DNA of 25,923 nucleotides from a virus (taxonomy: Duplodnaviria > Caudoviricetes). Shown piece by piece: positions 22,963 through 25,923 of the stretch. The stretch's first letter is position 1; the number at the start of each line of letters is the position of its first letter. Below the pieces are notes generated by a model, which was not told the origin of the DNA, searched no databases, and was given only the letters and a program-made list of their open reading frames with translations. The position numbers and the translations under genes were made by a program. The stretch covers positions 1 through 25,923 of IMG/VR virus record IMGVR_UViG_3300044513_000463; one strand, given 5' to 3'.

Positions 22963-25923
22963 TTATAAATATGATACTTTAGAGAACCCACGAACTTTAT
23001 TAATATCAATTATTTGGTCGACCATATCTCTGGTCTTGTCAATATGTGATATTGTAATGATAAAGTCAAACTGCGTCTTTAAGTAATCAAATAATAAATA
23101 TAAAGAATTAAAGTTATCCGTGTCAAGCGAACCAAACCCCTCATCGATTGCGATAAAGTTTGGCCGTGGTAGATTGGATACATTAATCAATGCCGTTCTG
23201 ATTGCAATTGATGAGATGAACTTCTCCATACCACTTGTGAGTTCCAATGGCCAGAATTCATCATCACCATATGCAATGTATGAATTAATGTTTTTACCAT
23301 CAGTATTCAACATAATTTGGAAATCTACAATTGGGGAAAGGATGTTGTTAATCTCAACTTCCAATCGTGGGAGGACATCTGAAATTAAATTGTATGGGAT
23401 ACCATCACGTTTTACACATTTAAGATAATGTTCGTATCCATCAAATTTGATTTCCATATCTTGGAGTTTATCAATCATTCGATTTACACTATCAATAGTG
23501 TTTTCAGCTAATTTGATATCAGAATTAATATTCATAATATCATCAGTCACTCTATCAATGTCTTCACGAATTTGTTCTCGTGTGACTTTAAAAGATTTTA
23601 TCTTTTCGTGTACTTTTACATTATGGCTTACAGCTTGTTCTTGGTCTTTTGCTTTTTGGATTTTATCCTCAAGTGACTTGATTTCCAAATCCATATCCTT
23701 TACCAACGAAACACAATAGTCGTATGACTTACTTGCTGATAACCACTCCTTATCCAATGATGAATGTCTACTTGAAAGGTCTTCGTATTCTTTCAACTCT
23801 TTAGTCACATTCAACGTGTCACGTTCACTCATTACACTCAATCGTTCTGAAACAATTGATGTGTATGTTTTACCCAATCTATTAATTTCATCTTCAAGGG
23901 TTTGTGCTTGTTTTGCGAATGGTGTATTTTTATTCTGAATACAATGACTACAAGTATCATCAAATGTCAATGACCCAATACCATCCAAGTGTTTCTTTGC
24001 GTGAATTATTTCAGATTCCAATTTATCTAACTCAACACCAAACTCTTTGAACTTTCTATCTAATGAGTTGTATTGATTATTTTTTTCTTGGAGTTCTTTG
24101 ATATTGTAATTTTCTAATTTAGATGTGATTGACTTTTGTTCAGTCTCCACATTGTGAACCTCCGCAAGATTTAGAGCACATTCACCATCTTGTAATTTAC
24201 GTTCTTTTTGTAAAGATTGTAATTCAACTTCCAAATCAGATACATCTCCCAAATCTTCAACAGGTTTAAGACTACCCATCTCATATTCAATTTTGGTATT
24301 AACCACCTCACGTTTAGACTCTAACTCCACCTTCCTATCTTGTAGAGTGGTTAATGACCCTGTAATAGATGTTAAGGTATCTTCTGCTGCTGCAAGTTGT
24401 GTTGGTAGGTCTTGGTTCTTATAGTCCTTTAGAAGAGCTGATAGTTCTTTAATCTCCTCACTTGCGATTTGGTAGAGTCCTTCGAAGATATCCATATCCA
24501 AGAATTGTGCGAGCAATTCCTTTCTCTCCTTTTGTGATTTTTCAATGAACCCACTATTGTTTGATTGGGTTGACATTGCTGTAAGGATGAAATCATCATA
24601 AGTTCCAACATATTCTCTAATACTTGCGTTTGTCTCTCTACGTTGTTCACCATTAAGGGATTCTACTTGACCATCAACAATACGATAGAAGTTAGTGTCT
24701 ACCTTTACAGTTCCTCGTTTAGGCGACTTCTTAGCTACCCTTTCGATGGTGTAATCAATTCCATTCAGTTCAAATGTAAATTTACAATCAAACGACATCT
24801 TTGAGTAGTTCATTACATCCTCAGCTTTTGAGGTTCTTGAACATTTATCAAAGATACAAAATGATAGAGCATCCCATAGGGTAGACTTCCCACTTGCGTT
24901 TGGTGCAAAGATTCCATATGCACCTTTCATCTGACTGAAGTCTATGACATTATTAGGACCATACGAGAACATATTTGAGAATTCAAATACCTTTGGTATC
25001 CAAGTGGAGTTTGTAATATTTTTGGGTGTTCCAAGTTTTGCGTTGATATCCTTGTTAATTGACTTAACAACTTCAAGTTGGTCTTCGGTAAGGTGTTCGG
25101 TGTCATTTAAAAACTCCTCAATCAGTTTATTCTGAAAAGCAGTATCACGGACATTCTGAAGAATAATCTTTTCGTGGTCACCACCATCTTTACGAGTAAT
25201 AACTTTTTGTATTGTTAGCTCTTGAACCTTACGACCCTTCTTGAGTTCAGCAATAATCTTATTTAAGTCAGATGCTTTTGTATCTTTTACACGAACTCTC
25301 ATTCGTGGTTTTTGTGGGATTGGCATACTTGAAACAATCTTGCCATCCTCAATATCCACCGTGACATACCCAAAGTCGTTTGGAATCATCACAAACTTGC
25401 TTTTACAAGTCTCAACATTCCAAACTAAAATTCCGTGTTCTGGATACTTTGCTTCTCCGTGATTCTGAACGATTAGTGACCCCGGATACTTGATAGTCTC
25501 TACACCTTGAACTTCGTTATTTGGTTTGTGGATATCACCAAGTAGAACCATATCATACCCATCGAAGTTTCCTACATTGATGTTTTTGTTCTCAATAGCA
25601 AATCCGTGTTCAGTCTCAATCTTATCAACTGGTCCGTGGAATAGACCAACCTTCACATCACCTTCAAAATCTCTAGCAGGTGGAAATCCAGGTGACTTGT
25701 CCCAAACTGATTGATGGACAAATGTAATACCACCAATATTCCAAGCACCAGTATCCTTTAGGTAAATCAATCTTGGGAGTTTCAATGCATTCACGATTGG
25801 AGTCAAAGCGTCTAATCGTGAGGTGTTATTTAGGTTTGCATCGTGGTTACCTGGAATGACAATAGTTGGGAGTAGGTCTGACAATCGAGTGAAAAACTCT
25901 TGAGTCAAATCTACCACTTCTGG
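22963..25923 (-). CDS. Fused Mre11/SbcD-like nuclease and Rad50/SbcC-like ABC ATPase (gp47-gp46-like); 5' end outside the window
   Basis: Phosphoesterase motifs PGNHD, LFHG, GDIHK and YPGS. Walker A APNASGKST, coiled coil with Zn-hook CSHC, signature TSGME, Walker B IAIDEGFGSLD, H-loop ISH. The frame is open to base 25923. Confidence 0.92.
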   Translation of the reverse strand, partial: PEVVDLTQEFFTRLSDLLPTIVIPGNHDANLNNTSRLDALTPIVNALKLPRLIYLKDTGAWNIGGITFVHQSVWDKSPGFPPARDFEGDVKVGLFHGPVDKIETEHGFAIENKNINVGNFDGYDMVLLGDIHKPNNEVQGVETIKYPGSLIVQNHGEAKYPEHGILVWNVETCKSKFVMIPNDFGYVTVDIEDGKIVSSMPIPQKPRMRVRVKDTKASDLNKIIAELKKGRKVQELTIQKVITRKDGGDHEKIILQNVRDTAFQNKLIEEFLNDTEHLTEDQLEVVKSINKDINAKLGTPKNITNSTWIPKVFEFSNMFSYGPNNVIDFSQMKGAYGIFAPNASGKSTLWDALSFCIFDKCSRTSKAEDVMNYSKMSFDCKFTFELNGIDYTIERVAKKSPKRGTVKVDTNFYRIVDGQVESLNGEQRRETNASIREYVGTYDDFILTAMSTQSNNSGFIEKSQKERKELLAQFLDMDIFEGLYQIASEEIKELSALLKDYKNQDLPTQLAAAEDTLTSITGSLTTLQDRKVELESKREVVNTKIEYEMGSLKPVEDLGDVSDLEVELQSLQKERKLQDGECALNLAEVHNVETEQKSITSKLENYNIKELQEKNNQYNSLDRKFKEFGVELDKLESEIIHAKKHLDGIGSLTFDDTCSHCIQNKNTPFAKQAQTLEDEINRLGKTYTSIVSERLSVMSERDTLNVTKELKEYEDLSSRHSSLDKEWLSASKSYDYCVSLVKDMDLEIKSLEDKIQKAKDQEQAVSHNVKVHEKIKSFKVTREQIREDIDRVTDDIMNINSDIKLAENTIDSVNRMIDKLQDMEIKFDGYEHYLKCVKRDGIPYNLISDVLPRLEVEINNILSPIVDFQIMLNTDGKNINSYIAYGDDEFWPLELTSGMEKFISSIAIRTALINVSNLPRPNFIAIDEGFGSLDTDNFNSLYLLFDYLKTQFDFIITISHIDKTRDMVDQIIDINKVRGFSKVSYL
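22964..22972 (-). promoter_or_regulatory. Putative late promoter motif (ATATTTATA) overlapping the SbcCD stop
   Basis: The last codons TAT TTA TAA of the nuclease gene form the motif, about 21 nt upstream of the tail gene. Confidence 0.5.

Noticed and set aside
1785-25714. Remaining short plus-strand and nested ORFs in the track
   Set aside because: All lie antisense or out of frame within well-supported genes and show no recognisable motifs.
1-25923. Stop-codon reassignment, tRNA or rRNA genes
   Set aside because: Standard-code ORFs tile the window with very short gaps and core genes are intact; no cloverleaf or rRNA-like sequence was seen in the gaps.

Overview
The window is part of a large T4-like (gp23-type capsid) dsDNA phage genome, with every credible gene on the minus strand. 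In transcription order it encodes: a fused Mre11/Rad50 (SbcD-SbcC, gp47-gp46-like) nuclease-ATPase cut by the window edge; a 1405-aa tail fibre-like protein with a C-terminal S74 chaperone; an HxGH nucleotidyltransferase fused to a KxDG ligase-like domain; several modular hypothetical proteins; a GT-A-like protein; a basic repeat protein; a spanin-like membrane pair; terminase (gp17); portal (gp20); three probable core proteins; prohead protease (gp21); two modular proteins; an orphan amino-methyltransferase with HTH repeats; ribosomal protein bS21; scaffold (gp22-like); and the 5' part of the major capsid protein (gp23). Indirect signals point to a Bacteroidota host. Four patterns stand out: (1) polyproteins of small modules joined by ESVNE/[ILV]xE protease-type sites, with repeated capsid-targeting-like leaders; (2) phage bS21 combined with Shine-Dalgarno use concentrated in head genes; (3) a recurring sense-strand TATTTAT[AT] promoter-like motif; (4) dense [ST][GAS]S motifs in virion proteins near a glycosyltransferase-like gene. 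All calls come from reading motifs by eye; no searches were run.
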